Assembly (NCBI GenBank): GCA_031383405.1
Contig: JANMZO010000293.1
Coordinates: 3,820-67,819, forward strand
DNA: 64,000 nucleotides
Direction of reading: 5' to 3'
Source: Acidimicrobiia bacterium
GTDB lineage: Bacteria > Actinomycetota > Acidimicrobiia > Acidimicrobiales > JANYDT01
Position numbers and translations under genes: made by a program. A model generated the notes under the pieces. The model was given only the letters and a program-made list of their open reading frames with translations, ran no database searches and was not told the origin of the DNA. This document shows, piece by piece, positions 29,355 through 37,175 of this stretch; the stretch's first letter is position 1; every line of letters begins with the position of its first letter.

Positions 29355-29388
29355 CCACACGCTCCATCCACACGCTCCATCCACACGG
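29355..29388. repeat. 13-bp tandem repeat x2.6 (ccacacgctccat)
   Basis: Units at 29355-29367 and 29368-29380, partial at 29381-29388. Intergenic, 22 nt upstream of the ATPase start. Confidence 0.9.
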
Positions 29389-29409
29389 CTAGTTCAAGGG
29401 GAACACTTC

Positions 29410-30255
29410 GTGACCGAAATCGGCACACCAATCCTCGAGTTGCTCGGGGTAAACAAGAGCTTCGGCCCGGTCCACGTCCTGCACGACGTCGATTTCCGGG
29501 TATTTCCCGGAAAAGTCACTGCGCTGGTCGGCGACAACGGCGCCGGAAAATCGACGCTCATCAAATGTGTCACGGGGATCTATCCCACAGACAGCGGGGA
29601 CTTCCACTTTGAGGGAAAGCCAATCTCGGTCAAAGGCCCCAAGGATGCGGCGGCACTCGGCATCGAGGTGGTGTACCAGGATCTGGCGCTTTGCGACAAC
29701 CTCGACATCGTCCAGAACATGTTTCTCGGTCGCGAGCAGAAGCGGAGCGGCTTTCTCGACGAGCGGACGATGGAACGCAAAGCGCGCGAAACCCTGGCCA
29801 GCCTGTCCGTTCGAACCGTCAAGAGCGTTCGAACCCCCGTTTCTTCGCTCTCGGGTGGCCAGCGCCAGACGGTGGCCATCGCGAAGGCTGTTCTTTGGAA
29901 TTCCCGGGTGGTCATGCTCGACGAGCCAACCGCAGCACTTGGCGTGGCACAGACCCGACAGGTGCTCGATCTCGTGCGTCGTCTCGCCGACCAGGGGCTC
30001 GGCGTGGTGTTGATCAGCCACAATATGAACGACGTCCTGGAGGTTGCCGACCGGGTGTGTGCAATGTACCTGGGGCGCGTTGCTGCCGACGTCGCAATCA
30101 GCGACCTCCGCCCAACCGATGCCGATCAGATCATCGCCGAACTCGGTGCGGTCGGCGGAGCGGCCGAAATCAAAGACCGGTCCCGCAAACGACTGGTCGA
30201 CCTGATCACCTCCGGACGATCCGGCGACATCGGTATGCAAGCCGTGGAGGTCTGA
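29410..30255 (+). CDS. sugar ABC transporter ATP-binding protein (single cassette)
   Basis: Walker A GDNGAGKST, signature LSGGQRQ, Walker B VVMLDEPT. GTG start after AAGGGGA. Confidence 0.85.
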   Translation: MTEIGTPILELLGVNKSFGPVHVLHDVDFRVFPGKVTALVGDNGAGKSTLIKCVTGIYPTDSGDFHFEGKPISVKGPKDAAALGIEVVYQDLALCDNLDIVQNMFLGREQKRSGFLDERTMERKARETLASLSVRTVKSVRTPVSSLSGGQRQTVAIAKAVLWNSRVVMLDEPTAALGVAQTRQVLDLVRRLADQGLGVVLISHNMNDVLEVADRVCAMYLGRVAADVAISDLRPTDADQIIAELGAVGGAAEIKDRSRKRLVDLITSGRSGDIGMQAVEV

Positions 30256-30256
30256 G

Positions 30257-31546
30257 ATGAACAACACGGAATCCTCCGGCTCAACCGCAGCATCGGACTT
30301 CGCTCTCGACACACAGAAGCAGGACCTCGGCTCCTTCGTCCGTAACTACGTGGCCCGACTCAAAGGTGGAGAGTTGGGCCTGCTTCCCGCAATGATTTCA
30401 ATCTTCGTGCTCGGCAGCCTCTTCACCTATGCGACTCAGTCACGTTCCGGGAAGTTCTTCTCCCTCTTCAATGGAGCGAACCTCGTACAGCAGGCCGCGG
30501 CGGTGATCATGATTTCCGTTGGCGTCACATTCGTTCTGTTGCTCGGGGAGATTGATCTCGCCGCCGGATGGACAGCCGGGGTCACGGCCGGGGTCCTTGT
30601 CACCGCACTTCGAGATGGCCGTCCGTTGATCGTTGCGGCATTGATGAGCTTCGGTGCAGCGATGCTGCTCGGCCTCTTCACGGGCTACATGGTCGCCAAG
30701 ATCGGCATCCCCTCGTTCGTGGTGACCCTTGCGAACTTCCTGATCTTTCAGGGGATCCTGCTGCTGATCACCGGCGAGGGAGGCACCGTCCAGCTCTCCG
30801 ACAAGACGGTGAGGGCCATCATGAACAAGAACATGGGTGTCCTTGGCTCCTGGATCCTGGCCGGGCTCGTGGTCGGCACGTTCGTGTGGTCCGAGATCCG
30901 GAAAACACATCGGGATCCGGCTGGTTACCCACGGCCGGTTGCCGTGTCGAAGATCTTCGCCGTTGGGATTCCCGTGCTGGGGCTCACCCTCATCTTCTGT
31001 CGCAACCGTGCCTTCAGTAACTCAACGGTGAAGCTTGTCGGATACCCGATTGTGGTCCCGGTTGTGCTCGCAATCGTGGCTGTGCTCACTCTGCTGCTCA
31101 CCAGAACGGCCTACGGGCGCCACCTCTACGCAACCGGCGGCAACACCGAGGCGGCGCGGCGCGCCGGCATCAACGTCGAAATGATCCGTTTGTCCGCGTT
31201 CGTGATGTGCGCCCTGGTCGCCGGGTTCGGCGGATGGTTGCTCGCCTCCCGTTCGGGTTCGGTCGACCCTCAGATGGGCGGCAACGACACGCTGCTTCGG
31301 GCGGTCGGAGCTGCGGTCATCGGTGGTACGTCGTTGTTCGGTGGAAAGGGTCGCCTCCCCAACGCCCTGCTGGGTGGCCTGGCCCTGGCGATGATTGAGA
31401 ACGGCCTACCGCTTGTCGGCAAGGCTGTGCCTTTCGGAATATTCCACGTCGACTTCAACAAGTCGGGAGTCAAGTACATGGCTTCGGGCCTGATCCTGTT
31501 CCTGGCGGCCTCCCTCGACGCCCTGAGCCGCAAGCGCAAAGGCTGA
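30257..31546 (+). CDS. sugar ABC transporter permease (XylH/RbsC-like)
   Basis: 429 aa, multi-TM, begins 1 nt after the ATPase stop. Confidence 0.85.
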   Translation: MNNTESSGSTAASDFALDTQKQDLGSFVRNYVARLKGGELGLLPAMISIFVLGSLFTYATQSRSGKFFSLFNGANLVQQAAAVIMISVGVTFVLLLGEIDLAAGWTAGVTAGVLVTALRDGRPLIVAALMSFGAAMLLGLFTGYMVAKIGIPSFVVTLANFLIFQGILLLITGEGGTVQLSDKTVRAIMNKNMGVLGSWILAGLVVGTFVWSEIRKTHRDPAGYPRPVAVSKIFAVGIPVLGLTLIFCRNRAFSNSTVKLVGYPIVVPVVLAIVAVLTLLLTRTAYGRHLYATGGNTEAARRAGINVEMIRLSAFVMCALVAGFGGWLLASRSGSVDPQMGGNDTLLRAVGAAVIGGTSLFGGKGRLPNALLGGLALAMIENGLPLVGKAVPFGIFHVDFNKSGVKYMASGLILFLAASLDALSRKRKG

Positions 31547-31550
31547 AACC

Positions 31551-31599
31551 CCGGTTTGAAGGGTAACTGTGAATAGTTCACACCTATCCTTCAAACCGG
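31551..31599. repeat. AT-rich imperfect hairpin, copy 1 of a 44-bp direct repeat (core 31554-31597)
   Basis: CCGGTTTGAAGG-gtaac-TGTGAA-tag-TTCACA-cctat-CCTTCAAACCGG. 43/44 identical to 32576-32619. Confidence 0.9.
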
Positions 31600-31669
31600 T
31601 TGGCGGGTCACCGGCCCGAGCGCGCGACTTCCGCTCCCACAGCGGAGGTTCGCACGCTTTCATGGCGGA

Positions 31670-32581
31670 ATGCACCATGACACCCTCCTGGCTTCCGTAG
31701 CCGAACGCCAGGCCGGCCTGATCACTTCCCAGGACATCCGAGCTGCCGGCCTGTCACAGAACGAATGTCAGTACCGACTTCGAACCGGTCGCTGGACACG
31801 GATCCATAGAGGAGTATTTCGTATCGGCGGCGTTGGCATGAGTCCCCACGTGGCTCGGTGGGCGGCGGTCCTCGCAGTTGGCCAACCCGTCGCATGCAGC
31901 CATTCCACGGCCGCAACGATTTGGGCGCTCAACATTCCGGCCGACCCGACCCTCATTCATCTTCTCGTCCCTTTCGCCACGGTGGTTACCCTCAGCAACA
32001 TTGTCGGCCATCGAACAACGGCCTTCTACCACGACGACGTAACCCGGATCGGCGGGCTGTCCGTGACGACCGTTGAGCGGACCATCGTCGATACTGCAAG
32101 GCTTGTCGGACCCCGGAAACTCGGACAGGTGATCGACTCAGCCTTACGCCGCAAGATGCTCGACCTCAATCGCCTGCGAAGGTGCGTTACCCGACTCGGG
32201 GCGGGGCCCAACCGTCGTACCGCATCCGTGCACCGGGCACTGGCGGAACGGATCCCCGGATACCTTCCTGGCGACAGCGATCTCGAATCCGATGTGCTGC
32301 GAATGATCCGCGAATGGAAGCTTCCCCTACCGATACCGAACTTCCGACTCGTTCTCTCGGGCACCGTCTACCACCTCGACCTGGCCTGGCCGGAATACCG
32401 CGTGACGGTCGAACTCGATAGCTGGGAATATCACCGCGGTCGACAAGCCTTCGACGATGATCGACGGCGCTCCAACCTCCTGACCTCCCACGGCTGGACA
32501 GCGTTTCGTTTCACACCGAGCATGCCTCCTGCGGAAATGCGCTCCTTCCTGACCAATGCCCTCATTCTCCGGGCAGTTTGA
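31670..32581 (+). CDS. AbiEi_4-like wHTH N-domain fused to a DUF559 (Vsr/restriction-endonuclease-like) C-domain
   Basis: N-terminus: ERQAGLITSQDIRAAGLSQNECQYRLRTGRWTRIHRGVFRIGG. C-terminus: VTVELDSWEYHRGRQAFDDDRRRSNLLTSHGWTAFRFT. Confidence 0.8.
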   Translation: MHHDTLLASVAERQAGLITSQDIRAAGLSQNECQYRLRTGRWTRIHRGVFRIGGVGMSPHVARWAAVLAVGQPVACSHSTAATIWALNIPADPTLIHLLVPFATVVTLSNIVGHRTTAFYHDDVTRIGGLSVTTVERTIVDTARLVGPRKLGQVIDSALRRKMLDLNRLRRCVTRLGAGPNRRTASVHRALAERIPGYLPGDSDLESDVLRMIREWKLPLPIPNFRLVLSGTVYHLDLAWPEYRVTVELDSWEYHRGRQAFDDDRRRSNLLTSHGWTAFRFTPSMPPAEMRSFLTNALILRAV

Positions 32582-32619
32582 AGGGAAACTGTGAATAGTT
32601 CACACCTATCCTTCAAACC
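32576..32619. repeat. AT-rich hairpin, copy 2 of the 44-bp direct repeat
   Basis: See 31551-31599. Similarity resumes at GGGTCACCGGC (32630-32640 versus 31605-31615). Confidence 0.9.
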
Positions 32620-32632
32620 CGCGGGAAGTGGG

Positions 32633-34648
32633 TCACCGGCGGCCGGCTTTTCGGCTCATCGAGCGCTTCTGTTCCATGAAGTCGACCAGCACGTAGTCAC
32701 CCAGGGTCTCCGGGGTGGTGAAGAAGGCTCGGCCCTTGTTCATCTGGGTGATCCGCTCGATGAATGCCTTGAGATATGACGTGGCGTCGAGCATGAACGT
32801 GTTGATCGTGATGTTCTCCCGCGTGCAACGCATCACCTCGGTGAGTGTCGCTTCGACCGTCTCGCGTACCGGCGGATAGCTGAAGAACGGCTCCCCGTTG
32901 GGAAGGATGTGGGCGGTTGGTTCGCCGTCGGTGATCATGATGATCTGCTTCGTACCGGTTTGCTTGGCCAGCATCCGACGTGACAGCAGGAATGCATGTT
33001 GCATGTTGGTCCCGTAGACGAAGTCCCACGACACCTCCGGAAGATCGGCGGGCTTGATTTCGTAGGCGGTCTCGGAGAAGCCGACGATGCCGAGAAAGTC
33101 GCGAGGAAACTGCGACGAGATCAGCGAATAGAGGGCCATGGCCACCTTCTTCGCAGACAGGAAATTGTCGCGCATCGGCATCGACAGCGACATGTCGAGC
33201 ATCAGAACGGTCGACGAACGGACCAGCGTCTCGGTCTGCTCGATCTCGAAGTCGTCGGGGGTGAGACGAACCGGGGTGCCTCCGCCGGAGCGGGCGATGG
33301 CGTTTCGGATCGTTCGTTCGATCTGAAGGTTGAACGGGTCGCCGAACTCATACTGCTTCGTGTCGTAGGTCCTCTCCTGTCCGACGCCGGTCCGGACAAG
33401 CTCATGACGGCCGAGCTTGTCTTTGGCCAGCTTCGAGAACAGCTCGTCGAGTGCGTTGGCGCCGATTCGCCGAAGGCCTTTGGGCGTGAGCTCAAGGCGT
33501 CCTTCCTTCTGCTCGACCAGCCCGGCCTGCTTCAGCATGTTGGTAAGTTCGCTTAGCTTCTCCAGCGCACGGGCTCCATCATCACCGAGAAGGTGGCGGG
33601 CGGCCTCGATGTCAACGTCGGCCAGGGCACCGGGCTGGGTGGCGTTTCGCATCAGGTTTTCCAGAGCATCGATGTTGCCGAGCTCCTGCATCAGGCTCAT
33701 CGCCTGGCCCATACCGACGGGTTGATCACCCTCGAAGCCGTAACCCTGACCCCAGCCCATCTGGGGGAAGGCGGCCCGGAGGTTCTGGCCGAGCTGGTCC
33801 ATCTGCCAGCGCAGATCCATGTCTTCCATCAACTGGTCGCTGAGCGCCTGCAACTGAGCCCGCTGTTCGGGCGTCATGGAATTGAGCATCTGCTGCGCGG
33901 CGGCCATCTGCTGGGCCATCTGCTGAAGCAGTTCATCGAGCGTTTCGGGGTTATCGGGGAAGAAGTCACCGAACTTCTCCATGAAATTTTCAAAGTCAGA
34001 CTGCGTGTCTTCTCCGGCGTTCTTCTTTTCAAGCATCTCGTTGAGCGACGCGAACATGTCTTTCATGCGAGCCATGTCTTCGGGCGTCATGTCATTGACG
34101 CTCTTCGTCATCTTGTTGAGCGCGTTCTGCATGAGCTGCTCGCGCAGCTGATCCAGCAGTTCGTTAAACTTCTGCTGGGCTTCTTCGGATTGGAATTCGT
34201 AATTCTGCAGGTCTTTCACCATTCCGGCGAGATCCGGCGGAAGAAAGTCGAGCTGCATGTTCTTGTTCGCCGCGCTCGACTCAGCCGTTTCCTGGCGCCG
34301 GGGATCACCCGACTGCCGAGCCTGTTCGAGCATCTCCTGCAGTGCGTCGCGCTCCTGATCGACGACGTCGCGCAGACCCTGGGCAATCTCGTCGTAGACG
34401 CCACCGAGGTCGTAGTTTTCGAGGGTTTCTTCACGCCGTTGACGAAGCTTCTCCAGCATCTCGCGCAGGCCCGCGACCTGCTCACCGTTGCGGTCCTTGA
34501 AACCCTCCTGAAGCATCTTGCGGAGCGCGGCATTGAGGTCGCCGTGGTACAGGAGGTCATCGTTCATCTGCGCCATGATGTCGTCGGCGTCGAGATCGAA
34601 CCCGACCTGGGTTCCATCCCAGCGCGAGTACTTCAGTTTCTTTGGCAC
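32633..34648 (-). CDS. vWA domain-containing protein with a long Q/E/M-rich coiled-coil N-terminal region
   Basis: 671 aa. MIDAS DxSxS (VLMLDMSLSM) and IIMITDGEPTA in the C-terminal third. Confidence 0.85.
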   Translation of the reverse strand: MPKKLKYSRWDGTQVGFDLDADDIMAQMNDDLLYHGDLNAALRKMLQEGFKDRNGEQVAGLREMLEKLRQRREETLENYDLGGVYDEIAQGLRDVVDQERDALQEMLEQARQSGDPRRQETAESSAANKNMQLDFLPPDLAGMVKDLQNYEFQSEEAQQKFNELLDQLREQLMQNALNKMTKSVNDMTPEDMARMKDMFASLNEMLEKKNAGEDTQSDFENFMEKFGDFFPDNPETLDELLQQMAQQMAAAQQMLNSMTPEQRAQLQALSDQLMEDMDLRWQMDQLGQNLRAAFPQMGWGQGYGFEGDQPVGMGQAMSLMQELGNIDALENLMRNATQPGALADVDIEAARHLLGDDGARALEKLSELTNMLKQAGLVEQKEGRLELTPKGLRRIGANALDELFSKLAKDKLGRHELVRTGVGQERTYDTKQYEFGDPFNLQIERTIRNAIARSGGGTPVRLTPDDFEIEQTETLVRSSTVLMLDMSLSMPMRDNFLSAKKVAMALYSLISSQFPRDFLGIVGFSETAYEIKPADLPEVSWDFVYGTNMQHAFLLSRRMLAKQTGTKQIIMITDGEPTAHILPNGEPFFSYPPVRETVEATLTEVMRCTRENITINTFMLDATSYLKAFIERITQMNKGRAFFTTPETLGDYVLVDFMEQKRSMSRKAGRR

Positions 34649-34680
34649 GACGACCTCCCGGCTCTTGCTACGTATGCTTA

Positions 34681-36093
34681 CTATCGACCGCGGTAGGTCG
34701 ACTTGGTTCCGGCCGCGTCTTTGTTGAGACGCTTCGAAAGGTGAAGTCCTTCCAGCAGGAACTCCAGCGCACTGGCCTGCTCGGCCGCCGTGGGCTTGGG
34801 GCCCACCAGCTTGCGAACCGCCTCACGGAGCGGTTCGGCGTCGGCCTGATTCAGTGCGCTTGCGTAGTCGGCCGCGCTCTGGTCATCACCTGCGTGGATC
34901 ACGAGGCCCGCCTCGAACGCGCCGATCACGTTCTTCAGGTCCTCGATCTTGACCTGATCACGGAACACGGTGAGCGTGGCCGCCTTGAACAGCTTCTCGA
35001 CGACCGAGCCTTCGCGCTCGTCGAGCGTCTCGATCTCGATCTTGCCCTGGGTGCTGGCCATGAGCGCGTCGAGGTCACTTATCCGCGGCACGGCATGGGT
35101 CTCGTGGCTGCGCAGAGCCCGCCGCAACGCTGAGGCCATGAGGGTCTCGTAGTTCGAGACCGTCAAACGAACCGACACGCCGGAACGCTGGTTGACATGG
35201 GGACTCTGGCGGGCCAGGTGACTGAACGTCGCGACGATTTCCGACATGAACTCCGGGACCGAAACTGCGATGTCGCCCGCCGGCGGCTTCCGGGCCTCCT
35301 GCGCAACGACCTTCAGTTCGATCGACGTCTCAAGCGGATAGTGCGTGCGGATCTGCGCGCCGAAGCGGTCCTTCAACGGCGTGATGATACGGCCGCGGTT
35401 CGTGTAGTCCTCAGGGTTCGCAGACGCAACGAGAACGACGTCGAGCGGAAGGCGGATCTTGTACCCGCGGATCTGCACATCACGTTCTTCCAACACGTTG
35501 AGCAGGCCCACCTGGATCCGCTCGGAGAGGTCGGGAAGCTCGTTTATCGCGAAAATGCCACGGTTCGTGCGCGGTACCAGCCCGTAGTGGAGGGTCAACT
35601 CATCGGAGAGGTAACGACCTTCAGCCACCTTGATGGGGTCGACTTCTCCGATTAGGTCGGCGATCGAGGTATCGGGCGTCGCCAACTTTTCACCGTAACG
35701 GGTCGACCGGTGCACCCAGGTGACCGGCGTGTCATCGCCGTGTTCGAGCACCAGGTCCTTTGCGTGCCTGGAGATCGGATTGTAGGGATCGTCGAGAATT
35801 TCCGACCCGGCAACGATCGGCAGCCATTCGTCGAGCAACTCGATCATGGAGCGGATCATTCGGGTCTTGGCCTGACCCCGTTCGCCGAGGAAGATCACAT
35901 CGTGACCGGCCAGGATCGCATTTTCGAATTGGGGAAGAACCGTGTCTTCGTAGCCAAGCACGCCTTCGAACAGGGGTTGTCCCGCAGAAATGCGGGCAAT
36001 CGCGTTGCGACGGATCTCTTCCTTCACGGGAATCGAAACCCAACCGGATGCTTTGAGTTGACCGAGCGTGGCGGCAACTGGGTGTGTCGTCAT
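34681..36093 (-). CDS. AAA+ ATPase, ChlI/BchI-MoxR-like
   Basis: 470 aa. Walker A FLGERGQAKT, Walker B-like GIFAINELPD, VLVASANPED, KDRFG. Lies 32 nt upstream of the vWA gene. Confidence 0.85.
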   Translation of the reverse strand: MTTHPVAATLGQLKASGWVSIPVKEEIRRNAIARISAGQPLFEGVLGYEDTVLPQFENAILAGHDVIFLGERGQAKTRMIRSMIELLDEWLPIVAGSEILDDPYNPISRHAKDLVLEHGDDTPVTWVHRSTRYGEKLATPDTSIADLIGEVDPIKVAEGRYLSDELTLHYGLVPRTNRGIFAINELPDLSERIQVGLLNVLEERDVQIRGYKIRLPLDVVLVASANPEDYTNRGRIITPLKDRFGAQIRTHYPLETSIELKVVAQEARKPPAGDIAVSVPEFMSEIVATFSHLARQSPHVNQRSGVSVRLTVSNYETLMASALRRALRSHETHAVPRISDLDALMASTQGKIEIETLDEREGSVVEKLFKAATLTVFRDQVKIEDLKNVIGAFEAGLVIHAGDDQSAADYASALNQADAEPLREAVRKLVGPKPTAAEQASALEFLLEGLHLSKRLNKDAAGTKSTYRGR

Positions 36094-36323
36094 AGGACGA
36101 CCCTAGCAGGGTGCTGAAAAACCAATGCCGACGCCTCTGCGGCCATATCCGCCGCTCGCGGCGTCCTCGGCGACCCAATTAGGGCGGGGCTAGTGGGGTC
36201 TTCTGTGTCCTTGCGAGCGAACGAATCTGGCTCGCAGAGCCGCACGCCAGCGTTCTTCATCACCCTGCTACAGCCCGGCGCACAATGTGCATCTCGGACA
36301 ACCTTCCGACTAGAACGGCCCCT

Positions 36324-37019
36324 ATGAGCGAACGTCTGGATCTGATCACTGCTATGCGCACGAACGGCGCCGCACGGGCATTTGCGGCCGATCCAGTTAC
36401 CGACGAGCAGCTCTACAACATCCTCGACAACGCCCGGTTCGCGCCGAGCGGGGGCAACAAGCAGGGTTGGCACGTAATCGTGCTGAAGGACCCGGAGATG
36501 CGGGCTGCGGTCGCGAAACTGGCCAAGATCGGGTGGAATGAATACGCCACACTCACAGCCGCCGGCCAGCGTCCGTTCGCCGCCGACGACACCGGACGCT
36601 GGCCGGGTCCCGGCAGCGTGGACCTCGCGGCCGCGCGTCTTACCGACCAACCCTGGCGCTTCATGGACGGGCTCGAAAACGCGCCGGCGTTGTTGATCGT
36701 CGCCGTCGATCTGCGAATGCTGGCGGCAACCGACGTCGAACTCGACCGAACCCAGCTGGTGGCGGGCGGCTCGATCTACCCGTTCTGCCAGAACATCCTG
36801 CTCGCCTCCAGGGCCGAGGGGCTGGGTGGCGTCCTGACGACGTTCGTTGTCCGCCAGGAACCCAAGGCGCAGGAACTGCTGGGCCTACCGAAATACATGG
36901 CCATCGCAGCCATGATCGCTCTCGGCAAACCCGACCAGCAGACGACGAAACTGGCCCGCAAGTCGGTGGATGCTTTCACGACAGTCGACCGCTTCGACGG
37001 CCGGGCCTTCAATCGCTGA
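36324..37019 (+). CDS. nitroreductase family protein
   Basis: RTNGAARAFAADPVTDEQLYNILDNARFAPSGGNKQGWHVIVL, typical of the FMN nitroreductase fold. Confidence 0.8.
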   Translation: MSERLDLITAMRTNGAARAFAADPVTDEQLYNILDNARFAPSGGNKQGWHVIVLKDPEMRAAVAKLAKIGWNEYATLTAAGQRPFAADDTGRWPGPGSVDLAAARLTDQPWRFMDGLENAPALLIVAVDLRMLAATDVELDRTQLVAGGSIYPFCQNILLASRAEGLGGVLTTFVVRQEPKAQELLGLPKYMAIAAMIALGKPDQQTTKLARKSVDAFTTVDRFDGRAFNR

Positions 37020-37060
37020 CCGATCACGACCATCTCGAACCGAACACCGCGGACCCCGGG

Positions 37061-37171
37061 CAGGTGGTCCTCAGGTCCTCAGGTCCTCAGGTCTTTCGTG
37101 GGGTCGCCGTCAGGCGCCGTCAGGCGCCGTCAGGCGGCCGTAAATAGCCGTAAATAGCCGTAAATAGCCGT
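37061..37171. repeat. three consecutive tandem arrays: 8-bp x3.5 (gtcctcag), 10-bp x3 (cgccgtcagg), 10-bp x3 (ccgtaaatag)
   Basis: Arrays at 37067-37090 (+partials), 37105-37134 and 37138-37167 (+ccgt). They fill most of the gap between convergent stops at 37019 and 37176. Confidence 0.95.
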
Positions 37172-37175
37172 CAGA

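Larger units (their letters stand above)
31554..32619 (+). mobile_element. candidate single-gene insertion cassette (AbiEi-like/DUF559 ORF) bracketed by direct repeats, period 1022 bp
   Basis: Direct repeats at both ends. The duplication extends into the 3' end of the adjacent vWA gene. The cassette ORF's stop codon lies inside repeat copy 2. Confidence 0.4.

Noticed and set aside
31568-31582. TGTGAA-tag-TTCACA inside the hairpin repeat, considered as a CRP/GlxR binding site
   Set aside because: The TGTGA...TCACA half-sites are separated by 5 nt rather than the canonical 6, and the position is between convergent gene ends rather than in a promoter.
33593-34696. 367-aa ORF on the plus strand
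   Set aside because: It is antisense to the vWA gene, and its repetitive H/L/V-rich translation mirrors the coiled-coil codons.
36280-36290. GCACAATGTGC palindrome upstream of the nitroreductase gene, and the similar GCACATGTGC (60132-60141) over the purH start
   Set aside because: There are only two short, non-identical occurrences with different spacing and unrelated gene contexts. Most likely chance.
37061-37171. Tandem arrays considered as a CRISPR array (also at 45758, 47692 and 58297)
   Set aside because: The units are contiguous with no spacers, only 6-22 bp long and in 2-6 copies, and there are no cas genes. They are simple tandem repeats, not CRISPR.
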